Assembly (NCBI GenBank): GCA_039630055.1
Contig: JBCNVN010000004.1
Span: 1 to 64,000 of the forward strand
Reading direction: 5' to 3'
Length of the DNA: 64,000 nt
Source of the DNA: Candidatus Caldarchaeales archaeon
GTDB lineage: Archaea; Thermoproteota; Nitrososphaeria_A; Caldarchaeales; Wolframiiraptoraceae
Position 1 is the stretch's first letter, and each line of letters opens with the position of its first letter. The translations under genes were made by a program, and so were the position numbers. Below, one piece after another: positions 28,786-38,728 of the stretch. The notes beneath the pieces are model-generated. The model did no database searches. It worked only from the letters and a program-made list of their open reading frames with translations, and had not been told where the DNA came from.

Positions 28786-29715
28786 CTATGAAAGACCTGT
28801 AATTAGGTTTATCAGCTTCTCGGTAAGACATGTATTCTTTACATAGTCTAGGAAGGATGATAAGCCGGTCAATACTCCTAAAGTTATATCTAAACCAGAA
28901 GTATGTCCTCTTCTCGCAAGATTGAGGATCGAGTCTATAAAAACTCCTTCATCTCTTGAAGCTATAGAATACAGTAATTGATGTAAGTGCTCATCATAAA
29001 AACCATCTTCTGCATATTTTAAAAACATTGCACTCTCCCAACTAGTATGGCTAAAGAGAAATTCATCATCTAGCATTATCTTGGGAATTTGGAATTCTTC
29101 ACCTATTATATTTAAGAAGCTGATGAATCCGATCAAGAAATCATCGCCTGAGGGTGTGAATCCACCACCTACACCGATGAGATCCCTATAATTTTCAACT
29201 TTCCTTAATGGTTCCAAGTCTCCCCTCGAAAATGGATAGACTACTTCTATCAAGAATCTTCTCAACTGCTCTATCTCTAAGATAGGTATAATGCTAGAAG
29301 GTATCGAGTAAAGGATGATTATAGTGTTCAATCCTTTAATAAACATTTTCTCGTATATCTTCTCTCGGAGATCGTCTAGATGATTGATATTTCCAATCGG
29401 TAGAGATGAGTATCGCTGAGCATTCCTTAAATCGATCTCGATTCTTCCAATCCTAATTTTACTCTCTTCAATATCAATACGATCTCGTAGTTCGATTTGT
29501 AGGTAGAATGGTGTTTCGAGAGTTTTTTGAGAAATGTTTATGGTGTATGGAGACCGGACATTCTTCTGTGTTATTATTATCATATCTCTACATACTTTAA
29601 CGTATATCGTATTAGCGAATATATGATGGATTGAAAACTCACCATAATAATTATCTAAAATCTCTATAGCCTTCTCTCCAATACTTGATGCATATAATTT
29701 ATATCCCATACTCAT
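28786..29715 (-). CDS. ylbF: DUF2877 / YlbF (AllH)-like protein
   Basis: LIGVGGGFTPSGDDFLIG and GHTSGLD motifs. Confidence 0.8.
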   Translation of the reverse strand: MSMGYKLYASSIGEKAIEILDNYYGEFSIHHIFANTIYVKVCRDMIIITQKNVRSPYTINISQKTLETPFYLQIELRDRIDIEESKIRIGRIEIDLRNAQRYSSLPIGNINHLDDLREKIYEKMFIKGLNTIIILYSIPSSIIPILEIEQLRRFLIEVVYPFSRGDLEPLRKVENYRDLIGVGGGFTPSGDDFLIGFISFLNIIGEEFQIPKIMLDDEFLFSHTSWESAMFLKYAEDGFYDEHLHQLLYSIASRDEGVFIDSILNLARRGHTSGLDITLGVLTGLSSFLDYVKNTCLTEKLINLITGLS

Positions 29716-30967
29716 CTACATATGCTTCGAACGCGCTCTTGAATACTTCGAATGGAAAGGAAACTATGCCCGCGCCTATCTGGCCTACCCCTGCCTCCTT
29801 ATGAGCTATACCTGTATTGATTGTAGGGACTATCCCAGTCTTTAAAATCTTTCTGATATCTATTCCAGTAGGGGTTCCCTGAAAGTTCAGGTAAGGTATC
29901 TGGAAATACTTATGCTTAGTATAAGTAATCTCATACATCTTATTTGTTATCTCGATAGCCATCTGGACGCTTCCACCTACCCATGAGACGATCGCTGGAG
30001 CTGCTGCCATAGCAAATCCTCCGAACCCCGCGGTCTCGGTGATCGAGCTGTCCCCTAAGTCAGGGTTAGCATCTGACTCTGAGTATCCTGGAAACCATAC
30101 TCCCTTAGGGATTGGAGCAGGAGAGGTGAACCATCTACTACCTAACCCACTAACCCATATCCCAGTCTCGGTTCCATTTCTAGACATAACCGTTACTATT
30201 GTGCTATACTTGATGTTGTGAGCGGTTAAAGTCATCGCCTTCGCAGCCGCCATCCCCAAGTTCAAAGTTGTAAAATTGTTTCCAGCTAGGAAACTGTATA
30301 CTTCTCTTATCGTCTGTATGTTGAATCCTGTGTTGATCATGTATGGGGTCATCTCTTTTAAGAGGAGGGCCGTGGCCGCGTTGTACCTATTATGGCAGTC
30401 ATCACCCATCTGTAATGCTTGCGTTATGATGCTCTTCAAAGATACTCCACCTTTATCTTTTACTATCTCTCTTATCGTTGCTTGGAGGAGGGGTGCAACA
30501 GTCGACTCAATCCATCTAAGCCTATCTATTACATCACTACTATAAGCTCCATATCTTAGAACTTTCCCTATCCCTTCATTAAAATTGGTATATGTTCTAT
30601 TCCCATATTTTTTATCATATACTTCGTATATAGGCATTCTTGGAGATATGATCCCTGACATTGGTCCGACAGCATAGTGAATATGAGTAGGTTCTAGAGT
30701 GACTTGACCAGATTTAACAAGCTTCTCAGCTTCTTCGGGGGTATCCGCCCATCCCTCATATATTATAGCACCTATTACCGCACCCTTCATAGGTCCGCTG
30801 GCCTTCTCCCATTTTAGAGGTGGACCAGCATGGAGAAGTAGATAGTCTTTCATCCCAGGTATCTTTTCTTTTGCTGTACCTACATCAACCCATACGGGAT
30901 CAGACTCCATCATTCTTTCAACAGCTTCTCTATTAGCCTTCTCAATCTCATCTTTTATCATAGACAT
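29699..30967 (-). CDS. ylbE: DUF1116 / YlbE (AllG)-like protein
   Basis: LLHAGPP, VGPMSG, MGDDCHNR, MSRNG, DLGDSSITE, INTGIAH....GQIGAG. Confidence 0.88.
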   Translation of the reverse strand: MSMIKDEIEKANREAVERMMESDPVWVDVGTAKEKIPGMKDYLLLHAGPPLKWEKASGPMKGAVIGAIIYEGWADTPEEAEKLVKSGQVTLEPTHIHYAVGPMSGIISPRMPIYEVYDKKYGNRTYTNFNEGIGKVLRYGAYSSDVIDRLRWIESTVAPLLQATIREIVKDKGGVSLKSIITQALQMGDDCHNRYNAATALLLKEMTPYMINTGFNIQTIREVYSFLAGNNFTTLNLGMAAAKAMTLTAHNIKYSTIVTVMSRNGTETGIWVSGLGSRWFTSPAPIPKGVWFPGYSESDANPDLGDSSITETAGFGGFAMAAAPAIVSWVGGSVQMAIEITNKMYEITYTKHKYFQIPYLNFQGTPTGIDIRKILKTGIVPTINTGIAHKEAGVGQIGAGIVSFPFEVFKSAFEAYVDEYGI

Positions 30968-31153
30968 ATTTGATCAACTTTTTAGAAAGCTCAGCTATTA
31001 AAAAACCTTGATCATGTAGCAATAGAGTGAAGAGTATAATAGAGAGACCCTACTAAAGCTTTTGATCTGATAGATTCTCTATATATGGAAATGTTTTAAG
31101 ATTGTTCTTCGAATCCTATGGTATGGTGAAGAGTGATGGTGGGTGCTGTTATC

Positions 31154-32062
31154 ATGAAGAAGAGAGGCGAGACTTCTAGACTTCTACGTGAAGAACTGGA
31201 GAGGAAGGGGATAATAGTTACACCCGGAGTATTCAATCCTTTATCTGCGATGCTTGCAGAGAAGATGGGGTTTAGAGCAGTATATATCTCGGGGGCAGCT
31301 ATAACAGCTTCGCTCGGCCTACCGGATATCGGCTTGATAACTATGGATGAGATGGTTAGAATGGTCAAGTATATTACAGATGCTGTTGATATACCTGTTA
31401 TAGTTGATGCAGATACTGGATATGGTGAGGCTTTAAACGTGGTTAGAGCTGTTGGAGAATTTGAGAAGGTAGGGGCGGCAGCTATACAGATAGAAGATCA
31501 GATTCTTCCAAAGAAGTGTGGACATCTCTCTGGTAAAAAGCTTATAGAGCCGATAGATATGGCTAAGAAGATTAGGGCTGCAGTAGATGCAAGAAAGAAT
31601 CCAGATCTCGTAATTATTGCTAGAACAGATGCTAGAGGTGTGAACGGTTTTGAAGATGCTGTAGAGAGGGCGAAGATTTATCTAGAAGCTGGAGCGGACG
31701 TCATCTTTCCAGAGGCATTAGAGTCTGAAGAAGAGTTTATAGAGTTCGCTGAGAGGATAGACAGCCCCCTTCTAGCTAACATGACCGAGTTCGGCAAGTC
31801 TCCAATAATATCCTATAAGAGATTGGAAGAGATAGGATACAAGTTCGTCATCTATCCTGTAACTTTGCTGAGGCTTGCCATGGCCGCTATCAGAGAAGGT
31901 TTAACAACCTTGATAGAAGATGGATCCCAAGAGAAGATGATCTCGAAGATGTTCACTCGGAAAGAACTGTATGAACTAATCCACTATGATGAATATGAAG
32001 ATTTTGATAAAAGAGTATCTGAAGAAGTTGAGGCAAAGGTTGGTAGAGTATGGATAAGATAA
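31154..32062 (+). CDS. prpB: 2-methylisocitrate lyase (ICL/PEP-mutase superfamily)
   Basis: VDADTGYG, EDQ..PKKCGH, ARTDAR, LANMTEFGKS. Confidence 0.85.
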   Translation: MKKRGETSRLLREELERKGIIVTPGVFNPLSAMLAEKMGFRAVYISGAAITASLGLPDIGLITMDEMVRMVKYITDAVDIPVIVDADTGYGEALNVVRAVGEFEKVGAAAIQIEDQILPKKCGHLSGKKLIEPIDMAKKIRAAVDARKNPDLVIIARTDARGVNGFEDAVERAKIYLEAGADVIFPEALESEEEFIEFAERIDSPLLANMTEFGKSPIISYKRLEEIGYKFVIYPVTLLRLAMAAIREGLTTLIEDGSQEKMISKMFTRKELYELIHYDEYEDFDKRVSEEVEAKVGRVWIR

Positions 32063-33411
32063 CTCGAATCTTAGCAGCATATGCTTATGATATAGATTAC
32101 GGGAAGCTAGCCTCGGAGACGATCCACGAGGTTAAGAGGAGGATAATAGATTCTCTCGGAGTGGCTTTTGCTGCTTACTATTCTGAGCCAGTCATCAAGA
32201 GCCGTAGACTTGCATCACTATACTCTACAGAAAGAGGTGGACGTATAATAGGCACTAGATATAGGGTTTCACCCGACTGGGCTTCATTCATAGATGGGAT
32301 AATGATAAGATACCATGATTACAATGATACGTATCTATCTAAAGAGCCTCTACATCCTAGTGATATGATCGCTGCCGCATTCGGTCTAGGAGATACATTA
32401 AATTCTTCAGGAATGGACATAATTACAAGCATAGCTATCGGCTACGAGATAGCTGTAACCCTTTGTGATGCTGGAAGCTTAAGGAGGAGAGGATGGGATC
32501 ATGTAAACTTTCTAGGAATAGGTAGTAACATTCTCTCATGTAAACTTTTAGGATTAGACCTAGAAAAGATACAACATTCTCTCTCCATATATGTCGTCCC
32601 CCACGCTTCGATGAGGCAGACTAGGGTTGGAGAACTCAGCATGTGGAAAGGGTCTGCCGCGGCGAACTCGACTAGAAACGCTGTATTCAGCGCTTTAATT
32701 GCAAGAGAAGGATTTACAGGTCCCTTCAAACCATTTGAGGGAGAGATGGGCTTCATAAAACAGCTCCTACAAGGGGATTTCGATATGAAGGCATTCACAT
32801 CATTAGAGGATAAGAAGACTCCCCTGAGGATCCTCGATACTTACATAAAGAAGTATCCGGTAGAATATCATGCTCAAACAGCTGTAGATGCAGCTTTGAA
32901 GCTGAGAGAGCAGGTTCACGTAAAAGATATAGAGAAGATCTTGATAGAGACCTTTCAGGCAGCTTACGATATTATTGGTCCTAAAGATCCTGAGAAATGG
33001 GATCCTCACACTAAAGAGACCGCAGACCATTCTTTAATGTGGATAGTGGCCGCTACTCTAGCATGGGGAAACATTACGATCGAAAAGTATCAAGATATAA
33101 GAAATCCCCAAGTACTCTCTTTGATGAAGCTTATGGAGGTCAAGGTTGACCCAGAGATAGATGAGAAGTATCCAAGATCCTTTCCAAATAGGATAACGAT
33201 AAAAACCAGAGATGGGAGGAGATTTACAGAAGAGGTAGAGTATGCTAGAGGACATCCAAAAAATCCTATGTCAGATGAAGAAGTTGAGAAAAAATTCAAT
33301 GAGCTAACAGAGAATATTATTCCAAGAGATCAGAGGAGGAGATTGTTGGAAAAAATCTGGAGACTGGAAAATTACAATATAGAAGAGATCATTGATGATA
33401 CAGTAATATAG
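32050..33411 (+). CDS. prpD: 2-methylcitrate dehydratase (MmgE/PrpD family)
   Basis: RYHDYNDT, HPSD, GWDHV, LSMWKG, ETADHS, GHPKNP. Confidence 0.88.
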   Translation: MDKITRILAAYAYDIDYGKLASETIHEVKRRIIDSLGVAFAAYYSEPVIKSRRLASLYSTERGGRIIGTRYRVSPDWASFIDGIMIRYHDYNDTYLSKEPLHPSDMIAAAFGLGDTLNSSGMDIITSIAIGYEIAVTLCDAGSLRRRGWDHVNFLGIGSNILSCKLLGLDLEKIQHSLSIYVVPHASMRQTRVGELSMWKGSAAANSTRNAVFSALIAREGFTGPFKPFEGEMGFIKQLLQGDFDMKAFTSLEDKKTPLRILDTYIKKYPVEYHAQTAVDAALKLREQVHVKDIEKILIETFQAAYDIIGPKDPEKWDPHTKETADHSLMWIVAATLAWGNITIEKYQDIRNPQVLSLMKLMEVKVDPEIDEKYPRSFPNRITIKTRDGRRFTEEVEYARGHPKNPMSDEEVEKKFNELTENIIPRDQRRRLLEKIWRLENYNIEEIIDDTVI

Positions 33412-33768
33412 ATTCTATGCTATTGAGTGATCTTAAAATAAAATATGGGATAAGCTTGAAGATACGCTGGAGAAAGAGCACATTTCTCCATTCAGATACT
33501 GTTGAGAAGTGGAAGACTCTACTTTGCTTAGATGAGAGAGTTAATTTCTCAATATTAAGAATAAGAGGTTAAGACTATAGTCGATCTTAAATTTAGTTGA
33601 TGAAAATGGCCTAGTTTAAAATTTGATCAATGTGATGAGGATTCTTGACAATAGATAAAAGAAGCTTCCAGATTAGAGACGTAGACATTAAAAGAGCTCT
33701 ATATTTTTTCCTGATATATGACCTATCCTTAAATACATCTTACATTTTAAGAGTGTCTGTGAGCGTGA

Positions 33769-35352
33769 ATGGGTGAGAAAGCTCATAGAACTATTGAAGA
33801 GTTGATTAATGAACTAAACGATATGAGGAGGAAGGCTTTAATCGGTGGAGGACTGGAAGCTATAGAGAAACAGCATCAAGCTGGAAAATTAACGGCCAGA
33901 GAGAGGATTAACATATTGTTGGACAAAGATAGCTTCATAGAATTAGATGCCTTCATGATGCATCGAGCCACCGAATTCGGGATGGATAAGAGAAAAGTTT
34001 TAGGAGATGGAATAGTTACTGGTCTCGGAAGAATAGATGGTAGATTGGTCGCTGTCTTCGCTCAAGATGCTACTTTTATGGGAGGCTCAATAGGAGAAGT
34101 ACATGCCAACAAGATCTCTAGAACACTCGACCGAGCAATGGAGCTAGGGATACCAATAATAGCTTTAAACGATTCTGGGGGTGCACGGATTCAAGAAGGT
34201 GTTACATCACTTCATGCCATAGGAGAATATTTTGCAAGAAATGTTAGAGCGTCAGGAGTAATCCCTCAAATTACTGTAATGATGGGGCCGTGTGCAGGTG
34301 GTGCTGTATATTCGCCAGCACTCGGAGACTTCATAATAATGGTAGAAAAGACTAGCTACATGTTTATCACGGGGCCACGAGTGGTAAAAGCCGTAATGGG
34401 TGAAGATGTTTCTTTCGAGGAGCTAGGTGGACCATACGTTCATGCACAAACTTCTGGGGTGGCTGATTTCATCGTACCAAACGATGTTGAAGCCTTGAAT
34501 CTTGTGAGGAGACTGATATCCTATCTTCCATCGAATAGTCTTGAAGAGCCGCCGATAATAGACGTCGGAGACCCTGCAGATAGAATAAATGAAGAATTAA
34601 ATTATATCGTACCCTCCGATCCGAAGAAAAGCTATGACGTGAAAGAATTGATAAATCTGGTCTTTGATAAGGATAGTTTCCTAGAGGTTAAGAGAGATTT
34701 CGCACCGAATGTTGTAGTAGGTTTTGCAAGGCTTGCCGGAATATCTGTAGGAGTTGTAGCGAACCAGCCAGCTTCACTGGCAGGCGTCCTAGATATAGAT
34801 TCTTCTGATAAGATCGCTCGATTCGTAAGATTCTGCGACTGCTTTAATATCCCACTTATAACCTTCGTCGATGTTCCTGGATACCTACCTGGAACTAGAC
34901 AAGAACATGGAGGAATAATCAGACATGGAGCCAAAGTAATATATGCTTATGTCGAGGCCACGGTTCCGAAGATCTCAGTCATAGTTAGGAAAGCATATGG
35001 TGGAGCCTATATAGCGATGTGCAGTAAAAGTTTGGGGGCTGACATGGTCTTCGCCTATCCCACTGCTGAGATAGCGGTCATGGGACCCGAGGGGGCAGTA
35101 GAAATAATATATAGAAAGGAGATCGATTCTGCTAAACCAGAGGAGAGGGAGGATATTATATCTAGGCTGATTAGAGAGTATAGATTAAAGTTTGCAAATC
35201 CATACATAGCTGCGAGCTATGGATACATCAACATGGTAATCGAGCCTAAGGAGACTAGACCGATGCTTGCCAAAGCTTTAAAGATGCTTATGAATGGTAA
35301 GAGAACACTTGTATCTAGGCTTCCGAAGAAACATGGAAACATGCCATTATGA
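33769..35352 (+). CDS. mmdA: Acyl-CoA carboxyltransferase, probable methylmalonyl-CoA decarboxylase alpha subunit
   Basis: GKLTARERI, DSGGARIQEG, GPCAGGAVYSP, VDVPGYLPG, RKAYGGAY, KKHGNMPL; no biotin carboxylase in the window. Confidence 0.8.
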   Translation: MGEKAHRTIEELINELNDMRRKALIGGGLEAIEKQHQAGKLTARERINILLDKDSFIELDAFMMHRATEFGMDKRKVLGDGIVTGLGRIDGRLVAVFAQDATFMGGSIGEVHANKISRTLDRAMELGIPIIALNDSGGARIQEGVTSLHAIGEYFARNVRASGVIPQITVMMGPCAGGAVYSPALGDFIIMVEKTSYMFITGPRVVKAVMGEDVSFEELGGPYVHAQTSGVADFIVPNDVEALNLVRRLISYLPSNSLEEPPIIDVGDPADRINEELNYIVPSDPKKSYDVKELINLVFDKDSFLEVKRDFAPNVVVGFARLAGISVGVVANQPASLAGVLDIDSSDKIARFVRFCDCFNIPLITFVDVPGYLPGTRQEHGGIIRHGAKVIYAYVEATVPKISVIVRKAYGGAYIAMCSKSLGADMVFAYPTAEIAVMGPEGAVEIIYRKEIDSAKPEEREDIISRLIREYRLKFANPYIAASYGYINMVIEPKETRPMLAKALKMLMNGKRTLVSRLPKKHGNMPL

Positions 35353-36450
35353 TCCGAGAAACTGTGGTAGAAGAGATAGTACGACGGCTCCAGCTATGAC
35401 AGATGTTATCTGACCACCTGTATTTGTTGCTATCGTATGCATCAGTATCCAGTTATCTGGATCTTCTTGACGAGCGATTAAATGAGCTGTCCTCGCGGCC
35501 ATGGGGAATGCTGAGATACCTGTAGCTCCAATCAAAGGGTTTATCTTTCCTCCAGTTAGATAGTATGCTAGCTTTGCTGCTAGTAGCCCGAAAGATATGT
35601 CCGTTATGAAGGCTATGACTCCGAGCCCGAAGACCATAAGGGTTGAGAGATTTATGAATTTCTCTGCAAGCATGGTTCCACCAATACTCAAACCTAGTAA
35701 TAGAGTCACAATATTCGATAGTTCATTCTGGGCAGATTTTGACAGCCTCTCCACTACACCACACTCTTTTAAGAAGTTTCCAAACATCAAGGCCCCTATC
35801 AAAGGTAACCCTTTCGGAGCTATCAAACCTATTACGATCGTTACAATTATTGGGAAGATGACTTTTAATGTTTTAGGGTATCTTCCCGGCTTATAATACA
35901 TTCGGGCTCGTCGCTCTCTTCTACTTAAAAGTAGCTTTGAGATTGGTACGAGGAGCAGCGGGGCGATAGAGATATACATGTAGGCTGAGACAGCTATAGG
36001 TCCAAGTAAATCCTTTGCATATTTAGAGGCTACATATATTGCTGTCGGCCCATCCATGGCGCCTATTACGCCTATACTGGCGGCTCTCTCAGGTGTGAAC
36101 CCTAGGGCCAAAGCTAAGGTGATTGTTAGGGGTATCCCTATCTGTGCAGGGATGGTCATAAGAAGAACCCATGGCATCTCAAAAAGGGGGCCGAAGTCTA
36201 TCATGGCTCCAATACCGATGAAGATGAGGATTGGGAATATCTCTGTAAGTATACCGTAATCGTAAAGATATCTGATGAATCCTCCGACCTCCATCAACTC
36301 TCCGTATGGTATGTTTACTAAGACTGCTCCAAACCCTATCGGGATCAAGAGTAGAGGTTCATACCCTTTCTTAACCGCTAAGTAGATGAGTACAAACCCG
36401 ACAGCAATCATAATTATATTGCCTGCATGTCCCAGTAAAAACTCCATCAT
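35347..36450 (-). CDS. mmdB: Na+-translocating decarboxylase beta subunit (OadB/MmdB family)
   Basis: YEPLLLIPIGFG, GAMIDFGP, GAMDGPTAI, NPLIGATGISAFPMAAR. Confidence 0.9.
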   Translation of the reverse strand: MMEFLLGHAGNIIMIAVGFVLIYLAVKKGYEPLLLIPIGFGAVLVNIPYGELMEVGGFIRYLYDYGILTEIFPILIFIGIGAMIDFGPLFEMPWVLLMTIPAQIGIPLTITLALALGFTPERAASIGVIGAMDGPTAIYVASKYAKDLLGPIAVSAYMYISIAPLLLVPISKLLLSRRERRARMYYKPGRYPKTLKVIFPIIVTIVIGLIAPKGLPLIGALMFGNFLKECGVVERLSKSAQNELSNIVTLLLGLSIGGTMLAEKFINLSTLMVFGLGVIAFITDISFGLLAAKLAYYLTGGKINPLIGATGISAFPMAARTAHLIARQEDPDNWILMHTIATNTGGQITSVIAGAVVLSLLPQFLGS

Positions 36451-36459
36451 TAATCCACC

Positions 36460-36867
36460 CTACTCAATCTCTATTAAACTATCGCCTGCATTAACAGAAG
36501 CTCCTTCTTGAACATATATCCGCTTCACTCTACCAGATGTAGGAGAATATATCATATTCTCCATCTTCATACTCTCCAATACTATTACAGGATCTCCAGC
36601 TTTAACCGGATCACCTTCCCTACATTTTATCGATACTATAGTTCCGGGGATCGGTGCCCTCACCAGACCTCGTGCTTTTACTGTCTCAACCCTTGCCTCT
36701 GGAATAGGAGTTGGAGATATTCTCTTTTCCTCTCGTTGGGTTGGAATAACTGTAGGTGGAGGTGTCATAGCTACTTCTTCTACGCCAACCTCCTCAACCT
36801 CAACTTCGAATACTTTACCTTCTACTGTCACTCGGAACCTTCTCTTCAATTCAATGCACCTCTCCAT
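36460..36867 (-). CDS. mmdC: Biotin carrier protein (decarboxylase gamma subunit)
   Basis: LESMKMEN biotinylation motif, Pro-rich linker, N-terminal FRVTVEGKVFEVEVEE. Confidence 0.88.
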   Translation of the reverse strand: MERCIELKRRFRVTVEGKVFEVEVEEVGVEEVAMTPPPTVIPTQREEKRISPTPIPEARVETVKARGLVRAPIPGTIVSIKCREGDPVKAGDPVIVLESMKMENMIYSPTSGRVKRIYVQEGASVNAGDSLIEIE

Positions 36868-37183
36868 CCCGTAAAGAATTTAGGATACTTGAAATCTTCC
36901 ATATTGATGGAGGAGTTGGTGAGCCCTCTTTTATATGAACAGTTTTTGTAGTCTGAGATAAAGATGCGATTACAGCGCTAATTCCTGCGATTACTTCAAG
37001 GCTTTCTCCGACGATCTTCTTTACTTCGATTTCAGGTTTTTCTTTGATTTCTACCGGTCTATGATATGTGGATCGTCGAAGTAGATAGATCATTATTAGT
37101 AGGATAAGGACCCCTCCTGATACGTATAGCAGCCAGTTCAAGGTAAAGACTAGACTTAAATCGATATAATTAGTTGAGACCAC
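36851..37183 (-). CDS. Decarboxylase membrane-anchor subunit (OadG/MmdD-like)
   Basis: Single N-terminal TM, IAGISAVIA helix, SIWK motif; first gene of the unit with mmdC and mmdB. Confidence 0.65.
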   Translation of the reverse strand: MVSTNYIDLSLVFTLNWLLYVSGGVLILLIMIYLLRRSTYHRPVEIKEKPEIEVKKIVGESLEVIAGISAVIASLSQTTKTVHIKEGSPTPPSIWKISSILNSLRDGEVH

Positions 37184-37384
37184 GTAATGAATGAAAAAGA
37201 CGTTCTATTTTAGTATTGCATATATTGGGATTCAATCTTCTATGTACTCATTAGAGGCGAACTTTAGCAGTCCACTTCTATTCAAGGTTCCAACATATTC
37301 AAGAGATAATAACATAGTATATGGAAGAATAAGATTCATATATGAATTTTACATTAATACATTAATAACAATAAATGATCTTAA

Positions 37385-38152
37385 ATGTATGAAAACGTGA
37401 TGGAAGAAGTAGGATTAAGAGATTCAAAGATCTATTTTTACGACGTTGTCAATTCCACTCAAGACTTAGCAAAAAGTCTCGGGTCGGTTGAAGAATTCAC
37501 CGTGGTGGTAGCTAGAGAGCAACGCAGAGGTCGAGGGAGGATGGGGAGAGAATGGTACTCTCCTCTAGGTGGCCTATGGTTTACGATAATCCTATACCCT
37601 AAAACGCCTATCTCAACTTATGCCATCCTTTCCTTATTAAGCTCATTATCGGTAGTCAGAACAATTGAAGACGTTACTGGACTTAAACCTTATATTAAGT
37701 GGCCAAATGACGTATATTTGAATGGAAAGAAGGTTGCAGGAGTACTTGTAGAGTCAGATGTTATTGGAGAACTGATGATGAAAGCTTTTGTCGGGATAGG
37801 AGTGAACCTGAATTTTCGAATAGAATCAATACCTGAAAGACTTAGAGAAAGTGCAACAACAATCTTTGAAGAATATGGCAAGATGGTAGATACTGGAACC
37901 TTCTTATTAAAAATCCTACAAGAGTTAAAGAAGTATTATGGAGTATATAGAATCGGTTCCCATCAAAGATTAATCGAAGAGGTAAAGAGTAAGATGAACA
38001 TGATTGGAAGAAAGGTCATAGTCTCTCTGGGTCATAGAGAATTGGTGGGCATGGTGAGAGACCTTGAGATGAATGGAAACCTAATCATCGAATCTTCAAA
38101 TGTAAAGAATATTTTAAATCCCTCAGAGATCAAAAGACTAGAACTTATCTAG
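37385..38152 (+). CDS. birA: Biotin protein ligase
   Basis: STQD, Q..GRGR.GR.W.SP, KWPND, KVAGVL, GIGVN. Confidence 0.92.
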   Translation: MYENVMEEVGLRDSKIYFYDVVNSTQDLAKSLGSVEEFTVVVAREQRRGRGRMGREWYSPLGGLWFTIILYPKTPISTYAILSLLSSLSVVRTIEDVTGLKPYIKWPNDVYLNGKKVAGVLVESDVIGELMMKAFVGIGVNLNFRIESIPERLRESATTIFEEYGKMVDTGTFLLKILQELKKYYGVYRIGSHQRLIEEVKSKMNMIGRKVIVSLGHRELVGMVRDLEMNGNLIIESSNVKNILNPSEIKRLELI

Positions 38153-38712
38153 CTTCTAGCTCTATATACTATCTCTGAGAAATCTTTCCTCTTTAAGAGA
38201 TATAGTATTACTGCTATCTTCAGCCCGTCTCCTGGAAGAAATATTAACGCACCCATCGTTATCCCTCTACTTATTGCATCAGACAATACTATTCCAGAGA
38301 AATTTGATAACCAGAAGATCAACCATGGAACACCAAGTCCATATATAACCAATTCAGCGATGATACAAGCGGTCAATGCCTTGATAATCCGCTTATCACT
38401 CATCGGATCATAAAGTATACCTGTGATAGCTGCTGCTATTGGAAAAGATATTAGATATCCCGTAGTTGGACCTAAAAATGTTGTGAAACCTCCTCTAAAA
38501 CCTGCGAAGACAGGTAGGCCTGCTAAACCCATACCAAGATATATCATCTGGGATAGAAATCCAGTCTTGTATCCTCCAACTATCCCGGAAAGCATTATGA
38601 ATAATGTCTGGAGGGTTATGGGAACTGGACCGATATAGAAAGCTATCTGGGCTCCGAGGAATGTAAAGACTGCAAAGATGCTTGATAAAACGATTAGACG
38701 GGTTTTAATCAT
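38149..38712 (-). CDS. bioY: Biotin transporter BioY
   Basis: PVPITLQT, GLAGLPVFAG, GPTTGYL, PGDGLK. Confidence 0.92.
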   Translation of the reverse strand: MIKTRLIVLSSIFAVFTFLGAQIAFYIGPVPITLQTLFIMLSGIVGGYKTGFLSQMIYLGMGLAGLPVFAGFRGGFTTFLGPTTGYLISFPIAAAITGILYDPMSDKRIIKALTACIIAELVIYGLGVPWLIFWLSNFSGIVLSDAISRGITMGALIFLPGDGLKIAVILYLLKRKDFSEIVYRARS

Positions 38713-38728
38713 AGTTAAAAAAGGATGA

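Noticed and set aside
33417-33572. 51-aa ORF after prpD
   Set aside because: No recognisable motif or RBS; not similar to citrate synthase by eye
33769-36867. Acetyl/propionyl-CoA carboxylase of the 3HP/4HB cycle
   Set aside because: No biotin carboxylase in the window; the carrier is co-transcribed with OadB- and OadG-like membrane subunits
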